64,000 bases of DNA from Calditrichia bacterium (GTDB lineage: Bacteria; Calditrichota; Calditrichia; JAJRVZ01): contig CAVZSQ010000022.1 of assembly GCA_963777955.1 (NCBI GenBank), positions 832,001 through 896,000 on the forward strand, read 5' to 3'. Below the pieces are notes generated by a model. It was given only the letters and a program-made list of their open reading frames with translations, was not told the origin of the DNA and ran no database searches. Each line of letters starts with the position of its first letter. The stretch's first letter is position 1. The translations under genes and the position numbers were made by a program. Shown in pieces: positions 32,706-42,741 of the stretch.

Positions 32706-34952
32706 TTAAAAGCGGAACAAATAAGATAATTTTAAAAAGAAGCCATGGGCGTAACGATTATATTGATTGGCCGGATCGCGCAGAAAATAATCGTTATAAC
32801 CGATAAAAATCACCGTACCGGGAGATGGTTGATAACTGAACAGGGCATTGAGATCAAGGTCACGGTAATAATCGTTTCTTTCCATTATCAATCGAATGCC
32901 TGTTTCCCGGGAAAACTGAAAATTTGTACGCAAGCGGTAAATATACTGCTGGGTATAATAATGGATTGAACTCTGATCGCCGCTGAAATCATAGAGGGAG
33001 ACTTTCAATTCAGTAGACCAGTTGTTTAATAAATTCAATTCGGTGCTGAACTCATATGATTGCATGGTGCCCAGGAAAGGTTCCAGGTTGTAATAAATGG
33101 CATCATAATAAATCCCGTCACCGTAATAAAAGGTCGAGTTGAAAACCAGCCAGTAAAAAGTCTGGTTGCTGTAGTTTAAATAGATCCAGTTCTTGTTAAA
33201 ATCATAGCCGTAATAGTTTTCAAACTGCCGGTATAAACGCAGGTCAACTTTATGACGCCCCTTCATTTCCAGATTAACTCCCGGACCGACATAACTCTCT
33301 ATTTTTTCTCCCTGATGGTTATACATGGTGGACAGGTATAGCATGGGTTGTATTTTAGAAAAGAACAATTGCGCCGAAAGAAAATCATGCCATAGTGTCA
33401 GCGAACCTTCCCGGAAATCATCGGTGCGCATTACAAAACCGTTGGCGGCTTTGAAATGGGGGAAGATGTCCTGATAAGAAATCTGAAAACTGATATCCTG
33501 GCTGGACCGGAATAGACTGGCAGCCAGAGCGGGATCATGCTTGACAGACTTTGTAAAAATATCTTTGGTGGTGGAATTGAGTACCTGAAAACTGAATGAA
33601 TATTGCCGCCCGATCAAAAAGGATCCATCCAGGCCAAAAGTCGTACTGAAGTGATCGCGCTGATGCATATCGGTAACGATCAGACCCAGGTGAGAAGAAC
33701 TCCACAAATTCTTTTTTAATCTGAAAATAGAATGATAGGACAGGCGGTCCTGGTATTTTCTTATGAATAAACTGTCGTCGAAAGCCGGGTTAAAAAATTG
33801 ATAATTTCCGGCTGCAGCGGTCAGGTAATCAAGAGATCCATAATATTCGTCTATACCCTCCAGCAAACCCAATTCGAAATCAGCCAGTTGTCCGGTCAGT
33901 TTCAGGCCGAATATTGGATCAACGATTCGCCGGGTATATACGACACTGATTGGATTATTAGGTATCTGGAATGGGGTTTGAAAAATGTTGGTTCCCTCTA
34001 AAAAGAAAGTACGTTTCTCATTATAGTAAAGCGGAAACCTGCGGTTTACGTCGATTTTATCCGCATCGGCTTCTATCTGACTGAAATCGGGATTATAAGT
34101 GAGATCGACCGTCAGATTGGACAGAAAGCCGAATTTGAGGTTTATTCCTCCTTCATAATCCATGGCGTTTTCGTTGAACTCGCCGGTGCCGGTATTCAGG
34201 TTGCCCTGTTGAATTGACCAGAATTCCGGCAGTATTTCAATGTTATAACTGGATTTAATGCCGGACAATCCATGCAACCTGGCAAACTGGGGAACGAAGG
34301 TAGTGGCATAGCGGGAAATTGCCGGCCAGATGAAGGTTCTGTCCAGATGCGGGATCGTACGCATGAAGGAAAATCCCCAGACCATGTCCGGATTATTGGG
34401 AAAGCGGATGCTCTTGAACGGAATTTCCACCTCAACGATATATCCTTTTTCAAACAGGCGGCCCTTGGAGTAGAGCAGAAAATCGGGTTTCAGATTCTGT
34501 TCAACCATATCGACGTAAATCCCGTCGGTCTGAATCCCGTAAGGATTGAAGTCGAATTCGTAGGCCTCTTTGCCATTATTAAAAGTATCGAGGAAAATAG
34601 TGATATGGTCATCATCAAAAATATCATCGCGCTTGGTGATGGAGGCGCGAATGGCCAGGGGATCTTCATCGAAGCAGACGAAAGCCAGATAAAGAGCGGA
34701 TTGGTTATAGATCATCATCACGGCGGTTTTTTCACTGGCCGCCTGGCCGTCCACAGGATAATAGGAAAAAAAGTCCTGGATCTTGAGAGCATTCTTCCAA
34801 CCTTCTTCCTGTAAATAGCCGTCGATTTGCATGGAGTTCGAAAATACAGGGATGGTCACAGATACGCTGGCATCATCCTGAGCTATCAGCGGAAAAGCCA
34901 GGCTGAGCAGAAAGATGAACAGAATAACTGATAACTTTAACACGTCTGACAT
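32706..34952 (-). CDS. CBM9-like/DUF5916 outer-membrane protein
   Basis: IDGYLQEEGW, LDTFN, FNPYG, EVEIPFKSIRF, NPDFSQIEAD, EKRTFFLEG, terminal KLSYLFRF. Confidence 0.82.
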   Translation of the reverse strand: MSDVLKLSVILFIFLLSLAFPLIAQDDASVSVTIPVFSNSMQIDGYLQEEGWKNALKIQDFFSYYPVDGQAASEKTAVMMIYNQSALYLAFVCFDEDPLAIRASITKRDDIFDDDHITIFLDTFNNGKEAYEFDFNPYGIQTDGIYVDMVEQNLKPDFLLYSKGRLFEKGYIVEVEIPFKSIRFPNNPDMVWGFSFMRTIPHLDRTFIWPAISRYATTFVPQFARLHGLSGIKSSYNIEILPEFWSIQQGNLNTGTGEFNENAMDYEGGINLKFGFLSNLTVDLTYNPDFSQIEADADKIDVNRRFPLYYNEKRTFFLEGTNIFQTPFQIPNNPISVVYTRRIVDPIFGLKLTGQLADFELGLLEGIDEYYGSLDYLTAAAGNYQFFNPAFDDSLFIRKYQDRLSYHSIFRLKKNLWSSSHLGLIVTDMHQRDHFSTTFGLDGSFLIGRQYSFSFQVLNSTTKDIFTKSVKHDPALAASLFRSSQDISFQISYQDIFPHFKAANGFVMRTDDFREGSLTLWHDFLSAQLFFSKIQPMLYLSTMYNHQGEKIESYVGPGVNLEMKGRHKVDLRLYRQFENYYGYDFNKNWIYLNYSNQTFYWLVFNSTFYYGDGIYYDAIYYNLEPFLGTMQSYEFSTELNLLNNWSTELKVSLYDFSGDQSSIHYYTQQYIYRLRTNFQFSRETGIRLIMERNDYYRDLDLNALFSYQPSPGTVIFIGYNDYFLRDPANQYNRYAHGFFLKLSYLFRF

Positions 34953-34960
34953 ATTACATA

Positions 34961-36535
34961 CTACTTGGACGGTATTTTACTCATAGCCCGTTCGGCCAGT
35001 GCTGTAATGGTCAGGGAGGGATTTACACCCGGGTTGGCTGAAATGGTTGAACCATCACAGATCAGCATGTTGACATAACCGAAGACATGGTTGTCCTTAT
35101 CAATTACTCCCTGCCGGGCATTTTCTCCCATCACAGCTCCGCCCAGGATGTGGGCTGTGGTCGGACGGCCCAACAAGGTCTCGGTTAACAGCACTGTAGG
35201 TTTACCATCGACAATCTGAGCAAATTGTTCGGCCAGTTCTTTTGCTTCGGGTATGAATGGGGTCGGACTTGTTCCTTTGATTAATGAGGATCTCATCCCC
35301 CACAGTCCTGCGACGGCAAAGCGCAGGGTCGAATCAAGGGTACGCATAAATAAAAGTATCTGTGTTTTCTTCGCCCAATTCCCCACAAAATAGGCTCTGA
35401 AATTTTTTAGGGGATGTAAGATAATGTCCTGGATAATACGGACAATACGGATTAGAATCGTATTGCCGTGTACCTGGGGAGAAGTGAGTAACCTCCAGAA
35501 TCCTGAACCGTCCGGGTAACGTACCGGCTCTACATGGCTGTGTTTATCCCATTGCAGAATGGATCCAATCGCCACCCCTTCTGAAAAATTGATATTTCTG
35601 TCGAAACTGACCACGCCGATCAGGCTTTCTGAATTGGTGCGGATATCCCAGCCGACACGATCCGATAATCCAGGCAAAGAGTTCTTTTTTAAACGCAATA
35701 ATAAAGGAACAGTGCCCAGGACGCCACCGGCGAAGATCACGGACTTGCAGTTATATTCACCTCGTTGTTTAAAATAACGGGTTGCAGATTTCCACTTGAT
35801 TTTATATCCGTCACTGCCATCCCGGCTGTCAAGCGGTTGAACGTCATAAACTTCGCGCTCAGCCTGAATTTTAGCTCCCCGCTGCTGGGCAAGATGAAGA
35901 TAGTTTTTATCCAGGGTATTTTTCGCATTATAGCGGCAACCCACCATGCACCCGCCGCAAAAAGTGCATCCGGAGCGCTCTGGTCCCGCCCCATCGAAAT
36001 AGGGGTCGGCTACTGTTTCATTAGCTTTACCGAAATAGACGGCCACATCGGTCGGTCTGTATTCGGCGCTCAGGTTTAGTTTTTGAGCCAACTTGAACAG
36101 TGTTAGATCACCATCTTTTAACTGGGGGTTGGTAGTGGCTCCTAATATCTTCAGGGCGACCGGGTAAAAAGGGGCTAACTCCTGTTCCCAATCGGCCAAT
36201 CCGGCCCAGCTGGTTGCCTGGAAAAAACCTTCGGCGGGAATAGGCAGAGTATTGGCATAAACGAGCGATCCGCCCCCCACGCCGACGCCGGATAATATTG
36301 TTACATGCCGATGGAATGAAATCCTGAAGAAGCCGAATAATTTCAGGCCTGGTAACCACAACCAGCGGCGCAGATTCCAATTTGTTTTGGGGAAGTCGCG
36401 GTTTTGAAACCACTTGCCTTTTTCCAGTACCAGTACACGATAACCCTTTTCACTCAGACGCAGGGCGGCCACCGAACCGCCAAAACCGGATCCAATAATA
36501 ATGCAGTCATAGTCATGCGAATTTTGAGCAGACAT
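34961..36535 (-). CDS. GMC oxidoreductase, cholesterol oxidase-like
   Basis: IGSGFGGSV, GVGGGSLVYAN, CTFCGGCMVGC, TAHILGG, GVNPSLTITALAER. Confidence 0.88.
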   Translation of the reverse strand: MSAQNSHDYDCIIIGSGFGGSVAALRLSEKGYRVLVLEKGKWFQNRDFPKTNWNLRRWLWLPGLKLFGFFRISFHRHVTILSGVGVGGGSLVYANTLPIPAEGFFQATSWAGLADWEQELAPFYPVALKILGATTNPQLKDGDLTLFKLAQKLNLSAEYRPTDVAVYFGKANETVADPYFDGAGPERSGCTFCGGCMVGCRYNAKNTLDKNYLHLAQQRGAKIQAEREVYDVQPLDSRDGSDGYKIKWKSATRYFKQRGEYNCKSVIFAGGVLGTVPLLLRLKKNSLPGLSDRVGWDIRTNSESLIGVVSFDRNINFSEGVAIGSILQWDKHSHVEPVRYPDGSGFWRLLTSPQVHGNTILIRIVRIIQDIILHPLKNFRAYFVGNWAKKTQILLFMRTLDSTLRFAVAGLWGMRSSLIKGTSPTPFIPEAKELAEQFAQIVDGKPTVLLTETLLGRPTTAHILGGAVMGENARQGVIDKDNHVFGYVNMLICDGSTISANPGVNPSLTITALAERAMSKIPSK

Positions 36536-36717
36536 CAGTAAAGAGTCCTATTTCAAATTTGGGTGAGTCGAATTATTATTTGAGTTTCTAAATTGAATTA
36601 TAAAATAGAAGAAAAATAGATAAAAGTAAATTGTTTTATGTATTTGATCTGATTTGTGTATTGAGAATTAGGGGTAAATAATTGACGGAGTTCACGGAAT
36701 TAAATTCTGATTTAGTT

Positions 36718-36775
36718 AATTGGAATTTTGGAATGTTGGAATTTGATTGTTTGGAATTTGAATTTGCATTTGGTG
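36718..36775. repeat. Degenerate TTGGAAT(T) short tandem repeat
   Basis: TTGGAATT TTGGAATG TTGGAATT ... TTGGAATT TGAATT TGCATT in the divergent intergenic region. Confidence 0.55.
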
Positions 36776-36820
36776 ATTCATTGAGGGTATTTTAATGATA
36801 CCATCCGTAAATATAATCGC

Positions 36821-36849
36821 TTGCTTTACAGATACCAGAAATATAAATT
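36821..36849 (+). promoter_or_regulatory. Candidate sigma70 promoter for parAB
   Basis: TTGCTT-17-TAAATT. Confidence 0.4.
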
Positions 36850-36902
36850 AAAGATTCTGATTAAGTAGAAGAAATTATTTTAAACCGGGTTTATTCAGTA
36901 AT

Positions 36903-37682
36903 ATGACGGGCAGAATTATTACCATAGCAAACCAGAAAGGTGGAGTGGGCAAGACCACCACGGCCATTAATCTGGCCAGTTGTCTGGCCGTTTCCGAAAA
37001 ACGGGTACTCATCGTCGATATTGATCCTCAGGCCAATGCTACCAGTGGTCTGGGCCTGGCCCGGCACAGGAATGAAAAAAGCATTTATGATGCCCTGTTG
37101 AGTAACGAACGGTTGCAGGAATTGATCGTGCATACATCTGTACCCTATCTGGATCTGGTTCCCTCCACTATTCAATTAGTAGGGGCGGAGGTGGAACTGG
37201 TCAATGCCCCCCGGCGGGAATTATTGCTTAAGGATTGTCTGAGCACGATCCGGGATCAATATACATATATCTTCATCGATTGTCCGCCTTCACTTGGTCT
37301 GTTGACCATCAATGCTCTGACCGCGGCCGATACCGTGTTAATTCCGATCCAGTGCGAATATTATGCCCTGGAAGGACTGAGTCAATTGCTGAATACCATT
37401 CACCTGGTGCAAAAAAATCTAAATAAAAAATTGACCATCGAAGGTGTCTTATTGACCATGTTTGACCCCCGCCTGAATTTATCCAATCAGGTGGCGGATG
37501 AAGTACGCGAATATTTCAAGGAAAAAGTATATCAGACGATCATTAACCGTAATGTGCGCCTGGGTGAGGCACCCAGTTTTGGAAAACCGATCATTATGTA
37601 CGACGCCGTCTGCAGCGGCAGTCAGAATTACATCAGTTTGGCCGAGGAAATAATAAAGAATGACGACAAGAAGACTGGGTAA
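36903..37682 (+). CDS. parA: Chromosome partitioning ATPase ParA/Soj
   Basis: NQKGGVGKTTT, DPQANATSGLG, DCPPSLG, QCEYYALEGL, RNVRLGEAPSFG. Confidence 0.95.
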   Translation: MTGRIITIANQKGGVGKTTTAINLASCLAVSEKRVLIVDIDPQANATSGLGLARHRNEKSIYDALLSNERLQELIVHTSVPYLDLVPSTIQLVGAEVELVNAPRRELLLKDCLSTIRDQYTYIFIDCPPSLGLLTINALTAADTVLIPIQCEYYALEGLSQLLNTIHLVQKNLNKKLTIEGVLLTMFDPRLNLSNQVADEVREYFKEKVYQTIINRNVRLGEAPSFGKPIIMYDAVCSGSQNYISLAEEIIKNDDKKTG

Positions 37683-38553
37683 GGGATTAAATGCCCTGAT
37701 TCCCACTCCGGACAGCGAAGAGAACGAACCGGGATCGTCCGAGCAGTTGATCGAAATCGAAATCGCCCGGATCAAACCCAACCCGTATCAGCCGCGTCTC
37801 AAATTCGATGCACAGGCTCTGCTGGAACTGAAAAACTCAATCCGCGAAAAAGGATTGATCCAACCGATTACCGTACGCCGGGTTGAATCGGGTTATGAAT
37901 TAATTGCCGGCGAAAGAAGATTACGGGCCGCCACAGACGCAGGATTCAAAAAAGTTCCCGCCTATATAATCCATGTCGAAACCAAAGAAGAAATGATCGA
38001 ATTATCCCTGATTGAGAATGTCCAGCGTGAAAAACTCAATCCGATCGAAGAAGCCACGGCTTTTCAACGTCTGATCAGCGAATGCCAGCTGACCCAGGAC
38101 GAAGTGGCCCGGAAGATCGGCAAGGATCGCACTACCATTACCAATACCCTGCGTTTATTAAAATTACCCGGCGATATTCAGGAGAGTGTCGAGACCGGAA
38201 AAATCTCAGTCGGACATGCGCGAACCTTGCTGGCTGTTGATGACCAGCGCGTGCAGCGTGCCCTGTGGCAAAAAGTGATCAAAAATGACATCTCGGTACG
38301 TACCCTGGAAAAACTGGTGCGGGAACTCAGCCAGGTAAAACCTCATCAGCCGGTACCGACAGAAAAAAAATCGACTCACCTGCTGAAGGTGGAGGAAGAT
38401 TTGCGCGATACTTTCGGTACTAAAGTATCGATTCGTTCCAGAAAAGAGGGCGGCTCGATCGAAATTGAATTCTACTCTGCCGAAGACCTGAACCGAATTC
38501 TGGAAATAATCGAAGCGGCTAAAATAATTGCATGTTTTACGCATAAAACCTAA
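37660..38553 (+). CDS. parB: Chromosome partitioning protein ParB
   Basis: RLGKGLNALI, PNPYQPR, AGERRLRA, ENVQRE, HTH, GHAR. Confidence 0.95.
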   Translation: MTTRRLGKGLNALIPTPDSEENEPGSSEQLIEIEIARIKPNPYQPRLKFDAQALLELKNSIREKGLIQPITVRRVESGYELIAGERRLRAATDAGFKKVPAYIIHVETKEEMIELSLIENVQREKLNPIEEATAFQRLISECQLTQDEVARKIGKDRTTITNTLRLLKLPGDIQESVETGKISVGHARTLLAVDDQRVQRALWQKVIKNDISVRTLEKLVRELSQVKPHQPVPTEKKSTHLLKVEEDLRDTFGTKVSIRSRKEGGSIEIEFYSAEDLNRILEIIEAAKIIACFTHKT

Positions 38554-38591
38554 ATTAAAAAACTATATTTTAATGATTTAAGTATTGTAAA

Positions 38592-39389
38592 ATGAAAACA
38601 AAAAAAAGAAAAACCAGGTCTTATACTTTCTTATTAATACCCGATAATGAACGTGAGACCCGCAGTTTCAATATCAATGCGCAGGTCTTACGCGTTTCCC
38701 TGGTTTTATTGCTGGTTTTAGTTGTGCTGCTGCTGTTTGGTTTTGGCACTTACTGGAAAGCAGCCAGCATGGCCTTGCGTTATGGAACATTGCGGGAAGA
38801 AAATTTAAAACTCAAGGAGAGCCTCAACCGTTTGGATGAGATTCAAAGCAATCTGGATAAATTGCGCAAGGTCGACCAGAAATTACGCTCTTCGCTTGCC
38901 GGTTATGTGGGTGTTGTGGAAAATGATCTGCAGCAGGATAAACAATTAAACGTGAGTGAAGTTAACACCTCCAGTCGTGATAAATATGACCGGTCCATTT
39001 TCAGTTCTGTTCCGGATATTTACCCGGTCGACGGTTTTATTACCCGCGGTTTTGAACCGACATCAGCATTGGGCGTTCCGCATTACGCCATCGATATTGC
39101 CGCCACCAAAGGATCTCCGGTGAAAGCCACCGGGGATGGCGTGGTTATGTTTTCCGGTTGGACCTATGAAGAGGGGTATGTGGTAATTCTGAAACATAGA
39201 TTGAATTATTACTCCTTTTATAAACATAATCTGGAGAATCTGTGCACCGAATTCCAGCAGGTCAAAAAAGGACAGGTTATTGCTTTGCTGGGCGACACCG
39301 GTCAGATAAGTTCCGGTCCACATTTACATTTTGAAGTATGGGATGGATTGCAGCCGGTTGATCCGTTAATTTTTTTAAGAAATAACTGA
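38592..39389 (+). CDS. M23 peptidase with TM anchor and coiled coil
   Basis: HYAIDI, YKH, GPHLHFEV. Confidence 0.9.
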   Translation: MKTKKRKTRSYTFLLIPDNERETRSFNINAQVLRVSLVLLLVLVVLLLFGFGTYWKAASMALRYGTLREENLKLKESLNRLDEIQSNLDKLRKVDQKLRSSLAGYVGVVENDLQQDKQLNVSEVNTSSRDKYDRSIFSSVPDIYPVDGFITRGFEPTSALGVPHYAIDIAATKGSPVKATGDGVVMFSGWTYEEGYVVILKHRLNYYSFYKHNLENLCTEFQQVKKGQVIALLGDTGQISSGPHLHFEVWDGLQPVDPLIFLRNN

Positions 39390-39420
39390 ACTACCATAAC
39401 TTAGCAGAAAGGATACAATC

Positions 39421-39849
39421 TTGGCTATAATGAAAGGAAATATGCAGGAATCATCAAGTACCGACCTGAATTTGTTTGGTCGTGGTACGGTTATCGAAGG
39501 AACCATCCGTGCCGATAATAGTGTACGGGTTGATGGGATTCTGAAGGGGAAACTCATTTGCAAAAATACGCTGACCGTTGGGATGAACGGTGAGATCGAG
39601 GGGGAGGTCGAAGCCAAGAATGCGATTATTGGTGGAAAGATCAAGGGCAAGATCAACGTCGCCGAAAAACTGGTACTGGAAGCCAAATCAAGTCTGATCG
39701 GTGAACTGAAAGCCAGTAAACTGATCATCGATGAAGGCGCCGTTTTTGAAGGCACTTCCACGATGGGTGTAAAGGATCGGGACTGCATCCCCCGAAACTG
39801 TTCGAAGATACCAAAAAACCGCTGTGATGATTGCAAATATAAAAAATGA
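39421..39849 (+). CDS. Bactofilin (CcmA family)
   Basis: GTVIEGTI, VRVDG, GEIEGEV, LIIDEGAVFEG beta-helix repeats. Confidence 0.9.
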   Translation: MAIMKGNMQESSSTDLNLFGRGTVIEGTIRADNSVRVDGILKGKLICKNTLTVGMNGEIEGEVEAKNAIIGGKIKGKINVAEKLVLEAKSSLIGELKASKLIIDEGAVFEGTSTMGVKDRDCIPRNCSKIPKNRCDDCKYKK

Positions 39850-40098
39850 ATTCGGGAGATAAGAAAAATCCGGATGGAATGAATGATGCTTTCAGCGCCT
39901 ACCGGAAAGCTGCTCCATATATTAATGCAATCTATGCTTTTATCGGGGCTGTCATTCTGTTTGGATTCATTGGTTGGTGGCTTGACCAGAAATTCAGCAG
40001 CGAACCGTTGTTTATTCTCAGTCGGCCTGTTTCTGGGATTAGGATTGGGATTCTATAGTCTTATAAAAACTGCAAAAAAATTGGAAAAGAAACGGTGA
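39846..40098 (+). CDS. atpZ: AtpZ/AtpI family protein (apparent frameshift near 40020)
   Basis: IGWWLDQKF..EPLF in one frame, VGLFLGLGLGFYSLIK in the next. Confidence 0.7.
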
Positions 40099-40472
40099 AA
40101 TCTTTCTGGTACGGAATAGCAGTTTTAATGTTTTCATGTTTGCTGGTCTGCTGGATTGTGTGCTATGGTTCAGACAGTAAACCGGCAATTTTGCTGGCCG
40201 CTATGGCCGGAAGTATTCTGGCCTCAATGTTTGTCGGTGCGGGATTTATCAGTTTTTATTTTGCCAGGACCAGAGCGGAATCCGCTTTTCAAAAGATTTT
40301 TGTGGCCAGTGTTTTCGGCCGCCTGGCAATCATGATAATTGTACTGTTATTGATTTTCAAATATATAAATTTTGAGCCCCTCCCTTTTTTAATCTCGCTG
40401 CTTTGTTGTTACTTTATTTTTCAGCTGTGGGAGGTTATCAGTTTGAACCGTCTGGCAGCAGGGGGAAAATAA
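40095..40472 (+). CDS. atpI: ATP synthase protein I-like 4-TM protein
   Basis: Hydrophobic, GRL motif, immediately before atpB. Confidence 0.6.
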   Translation: MKSFWYGIAVLMFSCLLVCWIVCYGSDSKPAILLAAMAGSILASMFVGAGFISFYFARTRAESAFQKIFVASVFGRLAIMIIVLLLIFKYINFEPLPFLISLLCCYFIFQLWEVISLNRLAAGGK

Positions 40473-40476
40473 CCAT

Positions 40477-41328
40477 ATGATCCTGGCCAGTTTAATGACC
40501 GGCACAACAAAACCCGAAGGTGAAGCACAGAGCGTCAATCTGGGTGATTATATCATGCATCATGTGCAGAACCGTAATGAGTGGGATATTTTTGGCTATA
40601 AACTGCACCTGCCCCAGTTCGAACCGGTCACGATCCTGGGACTTAAAATTGATTTTTCTATAACCAATCACGTGGTGATGTTATGGATTGCTGCCCTGTT
40701 CCTGCTGTTGCTGTTCGGGATCCTGTTCCGTAAACGCAGCCTGGTGCCCAGAGGTTTTGCTGCCTTGCTGGAAATGCTGGTTATATTCGTGCGTAATGAT
40801 ATTGTTATAGCCACTCTGGGTGAAAAGTATGGCCGCAGGTTTGCTCCGCTGATCGTGACTTTTTTCTTTTTTATCCTGACCTGTAACCTGATGGGTTTGA
40901 TTCCGCTGTTTTCCACTCCAACCGGAAATATTAATGTAACAGCTTCTCTGGCTCTGATAACCCTGGTCACCGGACAGTTATACGGGATCAAGTACAATGG
41001 ATTGTTCAAACATCTCAAAGCCATAGTACCTTCCGGGTTGCCATTCTATTTAGTGCCGTTGTTGTACCCAATCGAAATTATGGGATTGCTGGCCAAGCAT
41101 TTTGCCCTGATCGTACGTCTCTTTGCCAATATGATCGCCGGACATATAGTCTTTTTTGCGTTGCTGGGTTTGATTTTTATTTTTAAATCAGTTTTGATCG
41201 CACCTTTATCTGTTGGATTTGCTTTATTCGTTGATTTGCTGGAATTACTGGTGGGTTTTATTCAAGCTTATGTATTTTCACTTTTATCGACTTTATTCAT
41301 CGGGATGTCAGTGCATCCGGAACATTAA
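40477..41328 (+). CDS. atpB: F0 subunit a
   Basis: PTGNINVT, VRLFANMIAGH, IQAYVF. Confidence 0.95.
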   Translation: MILASLMTGTTKPEGEAQSVNLGDYIMHHVQNRNEWDIFGYKLHLPQFEPVTILGLKIDFSITNHVVMLWIAALFLLLLFGILFRKRSLVPRGFAALLEMLVIFVRNDIVIATLGEKYGRRFAPLIVTFFFFILTCNLMGLIPLFSTPTGNINVTASLALITLVTGQLYGIKYNGLFKHLKAIVPSGLPFYLVPLLYPIEIMGLLAKHFALIVRLFANMIAGHIVFFALLGLIFIFKSVLIAPLSVGFALFVDLLELLVGFIQAYVFSLLSTLFIGMSVHPEH

Positions 41329-41383
41329 ATAGTATTAAATCTATATTAGCGGGAATAACAAACATAACAGGAGGAGTGTTTAA

Positions 41384-41632
41384 ATGGGTGAAATTGGTGA
41401 TTTAGCCAAGGCATTTGCATTTCTGGCGGCCGGAATTGGATCCGGTATTGTAACGATAGGTGCCGGTTTAGGTATCGGAAAAATTGCTGCAGCAGCAATG
41501 GACGGAACCGCCCGTCAACCGGAGGCGACCAATGCCATCCGTATGACCATGATCATTGCCGCGGCCATGATCGAAGGTGCAGCGCTGTTCGGACTCGTGG
41601 TCTGTGTTCTGCTGATCGTACTAATCAAATAA
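41384..41632 (+). CDS. atpE: F0 subunit c
   Basis: GAGLGIG, RQPE, MIEGAALF. Confidence 0.95.
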   Translation: MGEIGDLAKAFAFLAAGIGSGIVTIGAGLGIGKIAAAAMDGTARQPEATNAIRMTMIIAAAMIEGAALFGLVVCVLLIVLIK

Positions 41633-41649
41633 AATTTTAGGAAAGAAAT

Positions 41650-42144
41650 ATGCTTGATTTAGATCCCGGAATGATGATCTGGGCCTGGGCCACATTCCTG
41701 GCGCTGCTCTTTTTATTGTATAAGGTTGCCTGGAAGCCCATATTCTCGGTCATCGAGAAACGCGAGCAGACAATCCAGGACTCATTGGACAAAGCCAGTA
41801 AGGCCAATGAAGAGGCACAGGTGTTGCTGCAGAAGCACGCAGAGATTATGAACACAGCCCAGGGTGAAGCCCAGCAGATCATCAAGGAAAATCGCGAACT
41901 GGCTGAAAAATCACGGCAGGAGATAATCGAGCAGGCCAGGAATTCCGCTCAAAAAATAGTTGATAAAGCCAAACTGGAAATTGAGAAGGAAAAGGAAAAC
42001 GCCCTGCTGGCCCTGCGCAGTGAAGTGGCTGATCTGGCCATCGCAGCGACCAAAAAGATTCTGCATGAGTCGCTGGATGAAAAAAGACAGCGTGCCATTG
42101 TCAATACCCTGATCGATCAGATACCGAAATCTTCCTCCAACTAA
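41650..42144 (+). CDS. atpF: F0 subunit b
   Basis: N-terminal TM, AWKPI...REQ, long helix, VADLAI. Confidence 0.93.
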   Translation: MLDLDPGMMIWAWATFLALLFLLYKVAWKPIFSVIEKREQTIQDSLDKASKANEEAQVLLQKHAEIMNTAQGEAQQIIKENRELAEKSRQEIIEQARNSAQKIVDKAKLEIEKEKENALLALRSEVADLAIAATKKILHESLDEKRQRAIVNTLIDQIPKSSSN

Positions 42145-42164
42145 AGCAGGGATGAAAAACAGGA

Positions 42165-42699
42165 ATGAGCCGCGTAGGTATCCGTTACAGTAAAGCCCTT
42201 TTTCAACTGGCCAAAGAACAACATAAACTCGAGCAGGTAGAATCCGAATTAGTGATGCTGTCCGGGCTGATCAAATCCAACCGGGACTTGAATGGCCTGC
42301 TGGTCAATCCGTTGATCACCGCGGCGAAAAAGGTCAGAGATCGTTTCGCGGGTATTTAAAGGCAAACTGGATGCTCTGACCTTTAATTTTGTAATCCTGA
42401 TTTGCCGGAATAAACGCAGCGACCTGCTGCAGGAAATCATTGATCAATTCCGGGAACGGGTGCTGGAGGAGCAGGGGACCTGGCAGGGCCAGATCTTCAG
42501 CGCCCAGCCGCTGGCGCCGGCCCAGATCGACCTGATCACCAAACGGATAATGGATCTTACCGGTAAAACGGTTATTCTAGAAGCGCAGCTGGACCAGAAT
42601 CTGCTGGGCGGTTTTATCGTTAAAATTAAAGATACGATCATCGATCTGTCGATCAAGGGCCAACTGGACCAGTTGCGAACTAAATTGATTTCCGGTTAA
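42165..42699 (+). CDS. atpH: F1 subunit delta (apparent frameshift near 42332)
   Basis: RYSKALF N-terminus; LLGGFIV, IDLSIKGQL C-terminus in the shifted frame. Confidence 0.9.
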
Positions 42700-42741
42700 T
42701 TTAAAATATGAAAATGTTTTAGTAGAAAAGGATGAATATCC

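Noticed and set aside
36540..36900. Possible oriC beside parAB
   Set aside because: No clustered TTATCCACA boxes and no dnaA/dnaN in the window.
38533..38549. parS-like palindrome TGTTTTACGCATAAAAC at the parB 3' end
   Set aside because: Spacing and centre do not match TGTTTCACGTGAAACA.
39775..39849. Four-cysteine tail on bactofilin (CIPRNC...CDDC), suggesting a metal site
   Set aside because: An alternative frame reads GLHPPKLFEDTKKPL-stop, an equally plausible tail. Given the indel rate, the cysteines may be an artefact; needs read checking.
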